Shown here in pieces: positions 1 to 12,000 of a DNA stretch of 64,000 nt; positions within the stretch are counted from its first letter, which is position 1, and every line of letters starts with the position of its first letter. A model generated the notes under the pieces. That model had not been told where the DNA came from. It ran no database searches and was given only the letters and a program-made list of their open reading frames with translations. The translations under genes and the position numbers were made by a program. Source of the stretch: Trichoplax sp. H2 (Eukaryota); the NCBI GenBank assembly GCA_003344405.1, contig NOWV01000281.1, positions 1-64,000 of the forward strand, in the 5' to 3' direction.

Positions 1-973
1 CAGCAATTTTTGGATGATTGTCACCAAGTTGTGTTAGTTTAATCTTCAGTGACTTGTTATACATCGATAGAGCGTCGTCATACTTGCCTTGATCTCTATA
101 GACACTACCAATGTTGTGATAAGTCGTAGCAATACTTGGATGATTGTCACCAAGTTGTGTTAGTTCAATCTTCAGTGACTTGTTATACATCGATAGAGCG
201 TCGTCATACTTGCCTTGATCTCTATAGACACCACCAATGTTGTGATAAGTCGTAGCAATACTTGGATGATTGTCACCAAGTTGTGTTAGTTGAATCTTCA
301 GTGACTTGTTATACATCGATAGAGCGTCGTCATACTTGCCTTGATCTCTATAGACACCACCAATGTTGTGATAAGTCGTAGCAATACTTGGATGATTGTC
401 ACCAAGTTGTGTTAGTTGAATCTTCAGTGACTTGTTATACATCGATAGAGCGTCGTCATACTTGCCTTGATCATTATAGACTTGCCCAATATTTGTATAA
501 GTTACAGCAATACTTGGATGATTGTCACCAAGTTGTGTTAGTTGAATCTTCAGTGACTTGTTATACATCGATAGAGCGTCGTCATACTTGCTTTGATCTC
601 TATAGACACTACCAATGTTGTGATAAGTCGCAGCAATACTTGGATGATTGTCACCAAGTTGTGTTAGGTTAATCTTCAGTGACTTGTTATACATCGATAG
701 AGCGTCGTCATACTTGCCTTGATGATTATAGACACTACCAATGTTGAGATAAGTCACAGCAATACTTGGATGATTGTCACCAAGTTGTGTTAGTTGAATC
801 TTCAGTGACTTGTTATACATCGATAGAGCGTCGTCATACTTGCCTTGATGATTATAGACTTGCCCAATATTGCTATAAGTTACAGCAATTTTTGGATGAT
901 TGTCACCAAGTTGTGTTAGTTTAATCTTCAGTGACTTGTTATACATCGATAGAGCGTCGTCATACTTGCCTTG
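1..973 (-). repeat. Coding tandem repeat, 126-bp unit, ~7.7 near-identical copies visible
   Basis: The block aatcttcagtgacttgttatacatcgatagagcgtcgtcatacttgc recurs every 126 bp. Confidence 0.97.
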
Positions 974-1441
974 CTTATCATAAATACTTCCAATGTTAAG
1001 ATAAGACTCACTCATATTGATATCTTCATTTTCTGACCATTCTAATTTTATTCCAAGGGATTTGTTAAAATCTTTTAAAGCTCCATTCAAATCACCTTGC
1101 AATTCTTTAATGCACCCTTGTCTATCAAAGCACTTTGCAAATCTCACTCTATCTTGTAGTTGTTCGGCTAATATCTTCGCATTTCTTCTCCATTTATCAG
1201 CTTCTATCAGTTTATATTGATTTAAATAACAATCGGCTATGTCCAGATAAATATCGTGTTCAAGTTGATGGTGATGATTATTATTACTATTCTTGGACAT
1301 AGATTGGATTTGAGTAACAGCTTCTTTGTAATGTAATAGAGCTTGTTCATAATCGCCTTCTTCAAAGCATTTCATACCTTTTTTGTGGATAGATTCAGTT
1401 TCATCAAGGATAGTCAATTTCGTGGACTCATATGCCCCCAT
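2..1441 (-). CDS. Intronless TPR-repeat protein with 42-aa repeats (kinesin-light-chain/nephrocystin-3-like TPR type); 3' end lies beyond the window edge
   Basis: Translated by hand from ATG at 1441-1439 with no stop down to position 2 (480 codons): MGAYESTKLTILDETESIHKKGMKCFEEGDYEQALLHYKEAV...ESYLNIGSIYDKQGKYDDALSMYNKSLKIKLTQLGDNHP, then repeats of SIAxTYxNIGxVYxxQGKYDDALSMYNKSLKIxLTQLGDNHP. Fits the TPR consensus (Y4, I7, G8, Y11, G15, Y17, A20, Y24). Probably missing from the ORF track because it has no stop in the window. Confidence 0.95.
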   Translation of the reverse strand, partial: MGAYESTKLTILDETESIHKKGMKCFEEGDYEQALLHYKEAVTQIQSMSKNSNNNHHHQLEHDIYLDIADCYLNQYKLIEADKWRRNAKILAEQLQDRVRFAKCFDRQGCIKELQGDLNGALKDFNKSLGIKLEWSENEDINMSESYLNIGSIYDKQGKYDDALSMYNKSLKIKLTQLGDNHPKIAVTYSNIGQVYNHQGKYDDALSMYNKSLKIQLTQLGDNHPSIAVTYLNIGSVYNHQGKYDDALSMYNKSLKINLTQLGDNHPSIAATYHNIGSVYRDQSKYDDALSMYNKSLKIQLTQLGDNHPSIAVTYTNIGQVYNDQGKYDDALSMYNKSLKIQLTQLGDNHPSIATTYHNIGGVYRDQGKYDDALSMYNKSLKIQLTQLGDNHPSIATTYHNIGGVYRDQGKYDDALSMYNKSLKIELTQLGDNHPSIATTYHNIGSVYRDQGKYDDALSMYNKSLKIKLTQLGDNHPKIA

Positions 1442-2796
1442 GTTTCAGTTTATAACAAGACTGAAAGCATACACGGTAATTTGGGGAAATAAACACTAGT
1501 ACTCTAATCGATAGAGGTTGCAACTTTAATAGAGATGCGATTGATTATCGTAATCGCTTTACAGTATATGATTGGGCCAAACTGATGCCTTCTATTTAAT
1601 GTCCAGATTTCAAAATCTATGCTAGTTCACAATGTGCTCAAATCGGCCAAATTGGATACGCCCTAAGAAGTCAACGGTCATCAATTCTAATTATTTGAAA
1701 ATTATTCATTAGATATTAATGAAGCGGTAATAGATTAAAAGCGTGAAGACATTCTTTCCATACATTACTTCTCTTTATTTATTTTTCAACATCAATAAGC
1801 TGCGTCATCGCTATTATTATAAATAGAAGCTTACTCATTAGCATAACTATAGTATTGATTAAGTAAAATGCAGTGTTAAGTATAAAAGATGTTTGCTATC
1901 ATATTAATAACTTCGTAAATTGGCTTAATGGCTTGATAGACTAATGTTAAACACTTTTGTTATACAGTTCATCAATTAGAGAAATTCTACTCGAAGAATA
2001 TTGGGTAACTTCAATTATTTGCGATCATTGCCTTATAATTCTACTAAGTATAATCAACATCATTTTATTATAATCCTGCATATGTTAATTTATTTTTGCG
2101 TCGACAGTCGATTTGGCGGCATATTGCTCATGTTTACAGTTTTGTGCATAATACATGCTATAACTACAATATAATCATTCATCATTATTTATTAAAGAAG
2201 TTGTTCTACTTTACCATCCGAGATAGCTGTCTTCTATACAACTCGAAATCGAGGATGAAGGAGAGGGACGAATTATTATCAATCCGTAAAATGAGGGATA
2301 AGTGTTTTTAAGAGTTACTTAAAGAGATTTAGTGCCCTGATACGTGGCTCAGGGATAAGATTTGTACATTCAGCCTTCTCGTTAGTTTGTTATAGAGCTG
2401 ATCTGTGTCACAATAATATGGAAAGACTAATATTGGGATAATATTGAGATAAGATAGGAAGATTACATACAAATGGATTTGTTATGAATGTAAAATGTAG
2501 AGATCAAGCTACAAAACTTTGAACAAACTTTGATTCTACTTTCGTGGCCTCTGGTCGACTAAACGAAACTATGATACCAAATAAAAATTGGAGAGACAAC
2601 CGAACAACAATTTATTAATAAAAGTGAGAGAGATAGATCAAACAACCTTTCAGATACTAAATCCTAAGTATTGTAAGTGAAGAAATAATGGAAAAACGAC
2701 AGAACTAAAGCTGTCAACAACTGAACAACCTAACAAAAGAAGAACGATTTCATTTACAACAATTCGACCCCGAAGGTCTTTAAAATTCAACAAGTT

Positions 2797-2816
2797 NNNN
2801 NNNNNNNNNNNNNNNN
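2797..2816. other. Assembly gap (20 N)
   Basis: Run of n characters. Confidence 1.
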
Positions 2817-3249
2817 TTAACAATAGAGGTTGTTAATTAATTATCTTATATGAAGTCTTTAGTGACAATATTCATAATAATTCCTATAACTTTAAAAGGA
2901 TACTTTTACATTATGTGCACCAGGAGTTTCTGACGAGACTATAAAAGGCTGGTGCCTGAAGATTCCTTTTTAGTTCGTTAGTCGGTTAGATAGTCAACTA
3001 GTTTTTCAATTGATATTTAATTGTAAAGACTATAATCTTGGGTGCCAAGATTCCTTTAGTAATAAATGATAGTAAATCTCTGACTATCTCGTCTACATCA
3101 TCTGTGACGCTATAATTATACCATAGTATTCGGTTGTTGGAACTGAATTATTTGGTGATATAGCTAATCTCGCCTCTTTAAGTTAGTAAGTGGCGTTCTA
3201 CGCAAGGATTGGCGTGTGTAGACTACTTTGTCACTAGTGGTGTGTGACA
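2817..3249 (+). mobile_element. 3' part of an LTR-like repeat
   Basis: TATAAA at 2940, AATAAA at 3061, ends in ...GTGACA at 3249. Its last ~210 bp recur at 6147-6355, ending at the same GTGACA. Confidence 0.55.
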
Positions 3250-5249
3250 CAACCGAACAACAATTTATTAATAAAAGTGAGAGAGATCAAACAACCTTTC
3301 AGATACTAAATCCTAAGTATTGTAAGTGAAGAAATAATGGAAAAACGACAGAACTAAAGCTGTCAACAACTGAACAACCTAACAAAAGAAGAACGATTTC
3401 ATTTACAACAATTCGACCACGAAGGTCTTTAAAATTCAACAAGTTCTTCAAAACTATCTTCTTTTACTCTCTACTCTAAATTTTCTGATTGCACTATCAT
3501 TTATAGCCACGACTTCGCAGAGCCCTCGCTTTCGACGGAAACTGAATCCAAAATATCCGAATTTTAATAAAATCACCTATTTGCTTATCAAAAAATTTTA
3601 TATCATAACTATGACTACTTTTCTGACGTTAGTATTAACAGTTGATGAAGTCAAACTCATTTACATTCTCAATAGACTATCAAACGCCCTTTCTTTAGAT
3701 TAGGCAATTGCTCTTAAGTCATTCCTATAGTAATCTATATAAAACTTTGTAAAACAGCGAAGAAGAAAAGATAGCGACATCCTGATTTGGCAGGGTAAAC
3801 CTTAAGGATACTATCGCTTTCTAGGTATTTTCTATAGTAAAATAATAATAGTTTCATATTAAAAGCTGTAAAGGACTGCGCTTTTAGCCCTTTACTACAG
3901 ATTTGTAACTACACTACTCCGAATTATTACCTTCATACTTTGCTGTTGATACACTGACCTCTAAAAGTTATCCCCGTTAAAATAAAAACAATAGCTACAA
4001 TGGTATAATGCTACAACAGCAAGACAGATCCTAGCAAGATTGTCTGTAGTCAATTACATTATATATGAGTTTCAAAGACCATTAATTAAGAATTTTAAAC
4101 GGATCCAATTAATAATATAATCAATCAACACAAAACGCAGGATAATCTTAGCATGTTTATTACTACTGCTTGCACGTAAGTATTGCAGAGCAATTTCAAT
4201 TTTCATATTTCCCAAGTTATCAGCTAATTAGTACCGAAAACGATCAATTTACCCTTTATTAGCTGATATTAGAATGCCAAATTTACAAGACGATCAATAT
4301 CGACAAACTCGATATCATGTAGAATAAAGAGAGTTTTTAAATGAACTACGGTAATTTACTATCATGAAACCGTAAAGTTTATGGCTTGAATTACTACACG
4401 GTGTAGTGATTCATCCATATTTGATTATAAGGATAGCTATATTTGATTGTGTTAATAGCTACATTTGATATAGTTAGGTTATTCTGAATAGATATTATCA
4501 TGAAGCTAATATTAGATGATTGCTAACTACTATATTAGAAATTGTTGATGACTAATACTAGCCAGTTGACTAACTATGGTACAAGATTTATGTGGCAAGA
4601 AACACTGTAGTCGTTAAGATGCCCTTCGGAGAAAGGGGCTAGACGTTAATAGAAGAGAAGTAACCTCTTATGTACAATGATTTAGATTGTACAATAGAAG
4701 ATAACGATGTACTATTAGAGAAAAGTATTTTGTTTGATGACTCATGTCTAATTGTAGATTAATCAAGTTGTCAGAAATGGATTTAATGAAATGTATATAA
4801 GAACTTCAGAGATGAGCTCACGAGAAGAAGAGACTTCACTTCGATTTGCGCCCGGAATACTTTAGATTTTAGACTATATTCTTGTAGTAATTAGTTATTG
4901 TTCTACTATTCCTAAAATCTTGTTATAAAAACCTTATAGAAAATACCATTTGACTAAGATAGTTATGATGAGACACTTTTATAACATGCAATGATGCTAC
5001 TTTAACGATAGGTTAGCTATACATGAAGCTAGTTGGTCAAAATATAAAAGCCTAGATGTGCGGTAGTTGATTCGCGTTTCTTATTAACGTAATATAAAAT
5101 ACAGTATAGCTTATACTACACTCTCAGCTGCTTGCGAAATTATAGAACAGCGTAAGAAGCCTTTTACTATGCTCTTGCTTAAAAAAAGTCTCTGCTTGCC
5201 TGCAAGGACTTCCTTCTAATCTATTCTACTCATACTTTGATTTGTCTTA

Positions 5250-6060
5250 AGTTTTAATTTAAACTGATTTTGTCTATACAAGTTCTAATTAATTAAATTA
5301 TACGTGTTTGATTAGTATAAAACGTTCGGTAAGAAAACGATTTGAATACGAAGAAGAGAAACCAACTAGGATCTATACTAGCTACAGATTGCTACTCTCG
5401 CCTACCTAAATTTGCCTTTAATTTAAATCGATTCTGTCTATACCGCACCGATATAATTATAATCATATGTGATTGGATTGTTAAAATGTTTGTCGATTTC
5501 CAGTGACTTGATTCGAATATGAAAGAGAAGGATTTATGAAACAGCTGCTAGCTGGCCATCCTATCTCTATTTACCATAATTTAAACTGATTCCATTTATA
5601 CCAATCCCATGGTATATATATATATAGTCCAAGGCGATTTGATAGTTATAAACGCTTACTGATTTGCAATGATTCGATTTTGAATATGAAACAGAAATTG
5701 GAATGGGTTCAAGCTAGTACAGCTTCCTACCCATACGGTACTGTCTGAAATTACTTTAACTTAACACTGATACTATCTATACCAAATTCTGTTTAATCAA
5801 TCCGAATTGATTACGCAAAATGTATATTGATAAAATGATTTGACTTCAGTATGAAGGAGAAATATTTATACTGCTTGAACCTTAACTTAAACCGATTTCA
5901 TCCATTACCATACCTATATAATCAATGTAATCGCATGGTTGAAAAAAGGATTAGTAGATTAAAATAATTTAAATCCGCTTTGATTTGCTTCAATTCATTC
6001 GAACTAATTCTGTCTATACCAAGTTTATACAATTGAGCCTACAGTAATTTGATAGTTAAA
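5250..6060. repeat. Decayed tandem array, ~120-180-bp units, ~6 copies
   Basis: Variants of ttaaactgattctgtctatacc near 5258, 5422, 5581, 5761, 5887 and 6001. Confidence 0.6.
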
Positions 6061-6146
6061 AATGCCGGATCAAATGCGCTGTAATACATGGCAGTTATAG
6101 TAGTCCATGAATTAAGTAGTTCATTACTCATCTAGCTATATGTTAT

Positions 6147-6355
6147 TGGATGCCGAGATTTCTTCAGTATTAAATGATAGTAAATCTCTGACTTTCTCGT
6201 CTACACTATCTGTGACGCTATAATTAAACCATAGTATTCGGTCGTTGGAACTGAATTATTTGGTGATATAGCTAATCTCGCCTCTTTAAGTTAGTAAGTG
6301 GCGTTCTCCGCAAGGATTGGCGTGTGTAGACTACTTTGTCACTAGTGGTGTGACA
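6147..6355 (+). repeat. Second copy of the LTR-like 3' end found at 3039-3249
   Basis: Near-identical taaatgatagtaaatctctgac...ctactttgtcactagtggtgtgaca; similarity stops sharply after GTGACA. Confidence 0.9.
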
Positions 6356-8834
6356 CTATACTGTTGCTAATTGTACTGACTACTTTACTAGTAGTAACGA
6401 AGAGTACATAAATAGAGCTAGTTCAGATCAAAATGATTCTTTTTCTTAATATTAATCAATAGTCCCTTGGTGATTGATACGAAAGTAAATGGATCATAGG
6501 TAAATGTCTATTTCACAGGTTTTAGTATATCTCCAGCAGCTGACTTAGTAATTAATCTAGAGGAGAGGTTGGAATTTTGTTTTTGAGTACTGTAATCTCC
6601 GGTTATGCTTGATAAACATTAGAGCAGCTAATTTTATGTGTTCAAAATTATCCTATTAAATATATTACTAGCAGTAATAAATTGAAATCATGGCTGATAG
6701 AGACAACAAAAAATGGATAGAGAATATCTAAGTTGCAGGTCAATTTTCATTAAAAACGAGCCTAAACGGTATTCTATTGATGATTTGATATCAGTAGACA
6801 TGAAATCAGGAAAGGCTCATGTAATTACTATTTAAACCCAATAGCAAACTATGATTCTGTCTATCGTAGTCCAATATACATCAGTAGAATTACTGTAACA
6901 TGACAGTCAAATTTATAGAAAATAGATGGAAAACTAATTCATTCGGAAATGATTAATTAAACTATTATTACAATGGATAAGTAATTCTTAGTAAAGCAAT
7001 TATGTTTTCATCTATTGCCGATAACTAAAAAGGTTTGGTAGGCGGTATTTTGGAATATATAACAAACAAAAGTGCTTTCAGGTTTAAAGAAATTCAAGTT
7101 TTTATCACGATAGCATGCTGAAAGGTTTATAATGATGGTCATTTGTGATGCATTGTTGTTTAGAGATCCTATGAAACCTATAAGGAGATAAAGAAGTAAA
7201 CCAAATAAAATTATTCGATACAGTAGCTAGTTATGAAATAGGATGAAATCCTGGTACCAAATAGTAAGGGTATACTCGTAAACTACATTCTGACCTATCG
7301 GCTTGATATCTATTTAACTGTAGTAGAGTATCGACGACCAGATGAAATGCGATATAGAAGTTGTGACATGAAGAAGTAAGTATAATACGTATTATAGGTT
7401 TAGCTTGCTTTTGTAGATTTTTTAGTTTCGTTTAGCGCTTCATGGACATTTAGAGGAAAACCTTAGTCTAATACATTAGTGTAGTGTCTAATCAGCGAGA
7501 GTTGCTATCTGCTAATGTAAAAGGTATAAATATAGTACGCAAAGTAGAACGAGAAAGGGATCGACTGGTCAAAATTATCGTATAAATTCTACGCGTACGT
7601 AGGATTTTCGATACCATATTATAACGTAACTTAGTTTAGATTGTGAATTATTAGCTACAATGAACGATAGTGTAGTTTTCTATATTTCTACTAAAGCATA
7701 TTTAGTAGCTCATAGCTATAAACAGGATTGAAGATTTTATGTTAGAGTACAGATGACCATATCTAGCAGGGAGTTAAGTCATTAATTTTTGACGCTACAG
7801 GTAAAAAGTAGATACGTAACTCATACATTAGGATATGCTTAGTTCATCGTATCTTGACTAGTAGAAATAATGTCTACCTAAATATTAAGTGATCATTGCA
7901 CCGGACTATATAAACGGTTCGTTTTAAAATGCTGTTACTACTAAGAATTTACACATCTAAATATATGTAAAGCTAGCCGGTGTAAACCTAGCTTCGCCAG
8001 GCTTTTCTACATATACAAAACACGCGTAGCCGAGCGTTATCTCCCCAAATTTTAAAGTAGTGTACGAACTTTAATTTTTCGCATAAAACGTTTAATGCCC
8101 ACTAATTGAATATAGAAATTTCTATAAGTAATTTAGTATGCAGTATTGTATATTCGATTGCAATAAATTTGGGCAACATCAGGCGCTGGATATGATATTT
8201 CTGCCTAACCTCTAGACACGCCCAAAATTCGCACTTTATGATTCAATTTCCTTAAGATTAGTTAAATTGGTGAGTTTTAAATTTTAAATTTAAGTCCATG
8301 AGGGCCATCTACGCTTAATGCTGATTCTAGAAGTATGCATAGTTTTCCCCTCTCACTCTCCGTTTGGCCGTGATGGTATTACAAAAAATTCGACTTTTAC
8401 TTCATTGAAGCTGCCAACTCTACGAAAAGTATGTAAGCAGGCAACTGTTTTAGATTAATCAGTAGTTTTTCCACAAGTCTTTCTAGCAGTTGTATTCAGC
8501 TAGAGTAAAGCTGTGTGCAGATTCTCTTTGTATCTAGATCGAACAAGGTTCTAATTTTTTATCAATTTTAGAATTCCGCAACCAGTTAAATCTCGCATAG
8601 AAATGATGATACAGCACAATACAGTATTACTTCTATTCGTTTTTATATCGTGTTTTCATACTACTACGTTACGGTCAATTTTAGAAATTGAAAATAAAGC
8701 CTTCATATTACCTTAATTTATCAAAACTTTTGATAGAGTTAAGAAAATTTTGAACGTAAACACTGATGTCTAGGATAGCCTGTACCAACAATGTTTCGCT
8801 ACATTCACTATTCGAACGCGATACTATAGATGCT

Positions 8835-9090
8835 ATTCCAAAATCATTCAGATACTTCAGATGCTTGCTATTATTTTATAACAAAATACAGAGCTGACGA
8901 TATCAACATTCTAGAGTAAGTTGGGTACAGTATTTTTAAAAATCATTCAGATGTATGGTTCTGTTTTATAACAAAACGAAGAGTTGGCGAAATTAACATT
9001 CAATAGTAATTGATAGACTGTATTCTAAACAATTCATACCCAAATTTTTATTTTATAACAAAATATGGAACTGGCTACATCAACATTAAA
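8835..9090. repeat. Decayed ~90-bp tandem repeat, 3 copies
   Basis: ttttataacaaaa...gagctgacga.atcaacatt variants near 8874, 8964 and 9051. Confidence 0.65.
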
Positions 9091-12000
9091 AAGTACGGTA
9101 GTCAGCATCTCTATGCTCAAAATAAGTAAGCAAACCAATAAAATTGAGAACATATTACAGGCGCCTAATCACCCATTCGATCATTTATTCTGTGAATTCT
9201 TATAAAAATGCAGAATGTAATCTTGTCTAATGGTCTACGGCAGTCGTTTAGATATTTCCCAAATAAATTAAGTGATATTGATTTTTGATACCAAAAACAT
9301 GATTTTTTCCAATGTTGAGTACTATTCATTAATTACTTTAATAAAATTATTCAAGCTAGTAAACAGAATATGAATTAGAATTAACCAAGAAAAATAATTC
9401 AACCTATCAAGTAGAAAATGAAGTAGAATGATCATGGGAAGAAATAGGATATGACGGAACATGAACATTATCAAATGAAAAAGGTTTATATTAATTTTAT
9501 AGCTGGGCAAGACAGTATCTATATACATTATAGATAACATTCAGAACTAATCAATTTACAAATGACAATAAGAATATTAATTATCAGCACAACACATGAT
9601 GATATAAGTCCAAAGATAATCGCTACTACAGCACTCTATAATAAAATTTACGATCAAACTAAGTTAGATCACATTTATCATGCAGAAATTATGATCGGCT
9701 AGTTACTAACCAATTTTAATCTTACCTTTGTTCTAGCATTTTAAGAATAAAATAATTTATACAATGTACTAATTTAAGGCGCAGTAACAGATTTATTGAC
9801 GAATATGAGAACAAGCAAACCACATGTGCAGGCTTTATCTTACTCAAATCTGACAAAGTAGATAACCAGAGGATCAATAGCATGGGTGGAGATTAAAGGA
9901 AGGTTTATGTCTATCATCATTGGCGTGAGTACATGTAAATAAATTTCCATTTTACATCTGATTAATTATTCAGTTAAGCATGTGATAAATAGACATGATG
10001 TAATAAATATAACTAATTCAGACACAATCGATAGACTACAGGATGTACGCCATCATCCTGAGAAACTTTTACTGCAGATAATTTATTTTTACTCAAACTC
10101 TATTCAAATCGACCTCATTCAGTATGAAAGCTCCTTACAAGCTAAAGTTTAAGTAAAATATTCTTACAGTAACTTACAACTTTAATTTTAGAACTGTAAA
10201 TAATTACGATCTATTTCCATGTGACGCGCTATAAATAACTTTTTATAAGATATCTAGGAGTAGACAGATCCATTGGTCTGATTTGCATGAGTGAATTAAT
10301 AATTAGATTATCCCCAACCAATTTAGTATCCTCAAATATAAAAAATGTTTACAACATCTTAAAGATTAATACAGAAGTTGAAAGCATCAATAATTCCAAC
10401 TCATACTAGAGTAATTCTGCATCTAAATTATTCCGAACTAAAACTAGTTGTTTGTCACTATCAATCATTCCCGTATAAATTTCTGCAATATAATTATGAG
10501 TTCAAGCAGCCATTAACCACGAAAACAAAATATGCAAGAGTTTAAAAAAAATTAATTTTATACTCCTCTTTTTCCAATTTTGACTTGATTATAAAAAAAA
10601 GAAAATTATGATTTCATAAAATTGATTAACAATATATACCCATGTTTAATATTTATAAAGAAAAGTAATATAAATATCAATAATGTTGTAGCTGTCAACG
10701 CGGAACAAACCGGTAGCAATGTACCAAAATATAGTAAAGAAAAGTACTTGTCGATAAGATGGCCGTTTAAATTTCCGCGTTAACTTATTATGTCTGGTTT
10801 TCATTCAAATGCAATAGTTATTGTTCTGAATAAAGATAATTATTTTTTTATATTTAGTATAAGCCAAGTTGATCGACATATCAATAATAATTCGCGTAAA
10901 TTCAAATCTATTATGAAAAAGAAAATGGATGAAAGAAAGGATTGATTAGTATTATTGTGATATTGAAAAAAAATTCGCGACATAAGACTTGAAATGATGC
11001 AATCTTCAATATCCTCCATATTCAATGTACAGTACGTCGTATGCAACTTTTATTAGTAAATAGAATATAGAAAAAGGGAAGATTTCTGTTTTTACTGTAC
11101 TTAAGGAACAATATATTGCAGTAGAAGCCGATAAAAAGCGTATATTATTATACCGTAGGTTAGTATAAATTCATAGCTCGTATGTAGGTAGGTACTCGTG
11201 CAGTAGCCTTTCGTATCCAATTTGAAATACCATCATGATTAAATACTACTAAGTGAGTGTAATGAGTGTCTAAAGTACATTTACTGCCATTAATTTCTGT
11301 CTTTGCTATATACGATGTCGTCTCATTGTTAACTTGAACACCACATCTAATAAAAGGTTATCAAATTATTTCTCTCTTTACGCATCCTTTCTTTTCTTAT
11401 CATTGGCGATTATTACATTGACAGCCTGTATCCAAGACATGTCTGGAGCTATTATGATTCGTAAAAAATAATAATCATGAATTTTTCGCTAACGATTTTG
11501 TGATCACGAACATATCTATAGGAAAAGTTGGCGTTATATTCATATTTCAATCCTGTATATGCTTTATTTTATGGCGAACTCGCCGAGCTCGTAGTCACCA
11601 TAAGGAGCTATTATTCGATTGAAAAGAACAGCAGTTTGATCGGTCTTATATTTACTTTTATATGTAATTAAAATATACCAATATACAATAGATCATATCT
11701 ATCCATTAGCTTGTTATGAATTGCAAACTGACTACGATTTATGCTGTTTCTAGAATTAGTGCATATCTATATTAACTTAAAATTGTTATTAATCTTATTT
11801 ATTACCTATTTTACAAGTAGACCATTTGCAGTAATAATGTATATAGCTGTTAATAATATCTCATTTATCTCCGTTTGAAAACATTCACTTTAGTCATTTG
11901 TAATACAAATCTACTATTTAGTTTAAGATCGAGTGCTCATCTATTGTCGTTTTAATGTACAGCTCAAAATCTACAATCATGTTAAGTAGAAATTTATTAT

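Larger units (their letters stand above)
2597..3445 (+). repeat. ~200-bp direct duplication across the gap (2597-2796 and 3250-3445)
   Basis: Both copies run caaccgaacaacaatttattaataaaagtg...taaaattcaacaagtt and differ by a 4-bp indel and one substitution. Confidence 0.95.
2406..3899 (-). mobile_element. Putative solo LTR (~0.84 kb net), interrupted by a second LTR-like insertion and an assembly gap
   Basis: TG...CA termini (tgtcac at 2406, actaca ending 3899). Flanks gatctg (2400-2405) and gatttg (3900-3905) look like a 6-bp TSD with one mismatch. Minus-strand TATAAA (3505-3500) lies upstream of AATAAA (3269-3264). Confidence 0.55.

Noticed and set aside
388..672. Plus-strand 94-aa repetitive ORF (and the ORF at 1017-1220)
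   Set aside because: Antisense shadows of the minus-strand TPR gene; the plus-strand frame is broken by stops in neighbouring repeat units.
4606..5120. Possible further solo LTR (tgtagt...actaca with an internal TATATAA)
   Set aside because: No matching target-site duplication and no second copy in the window.
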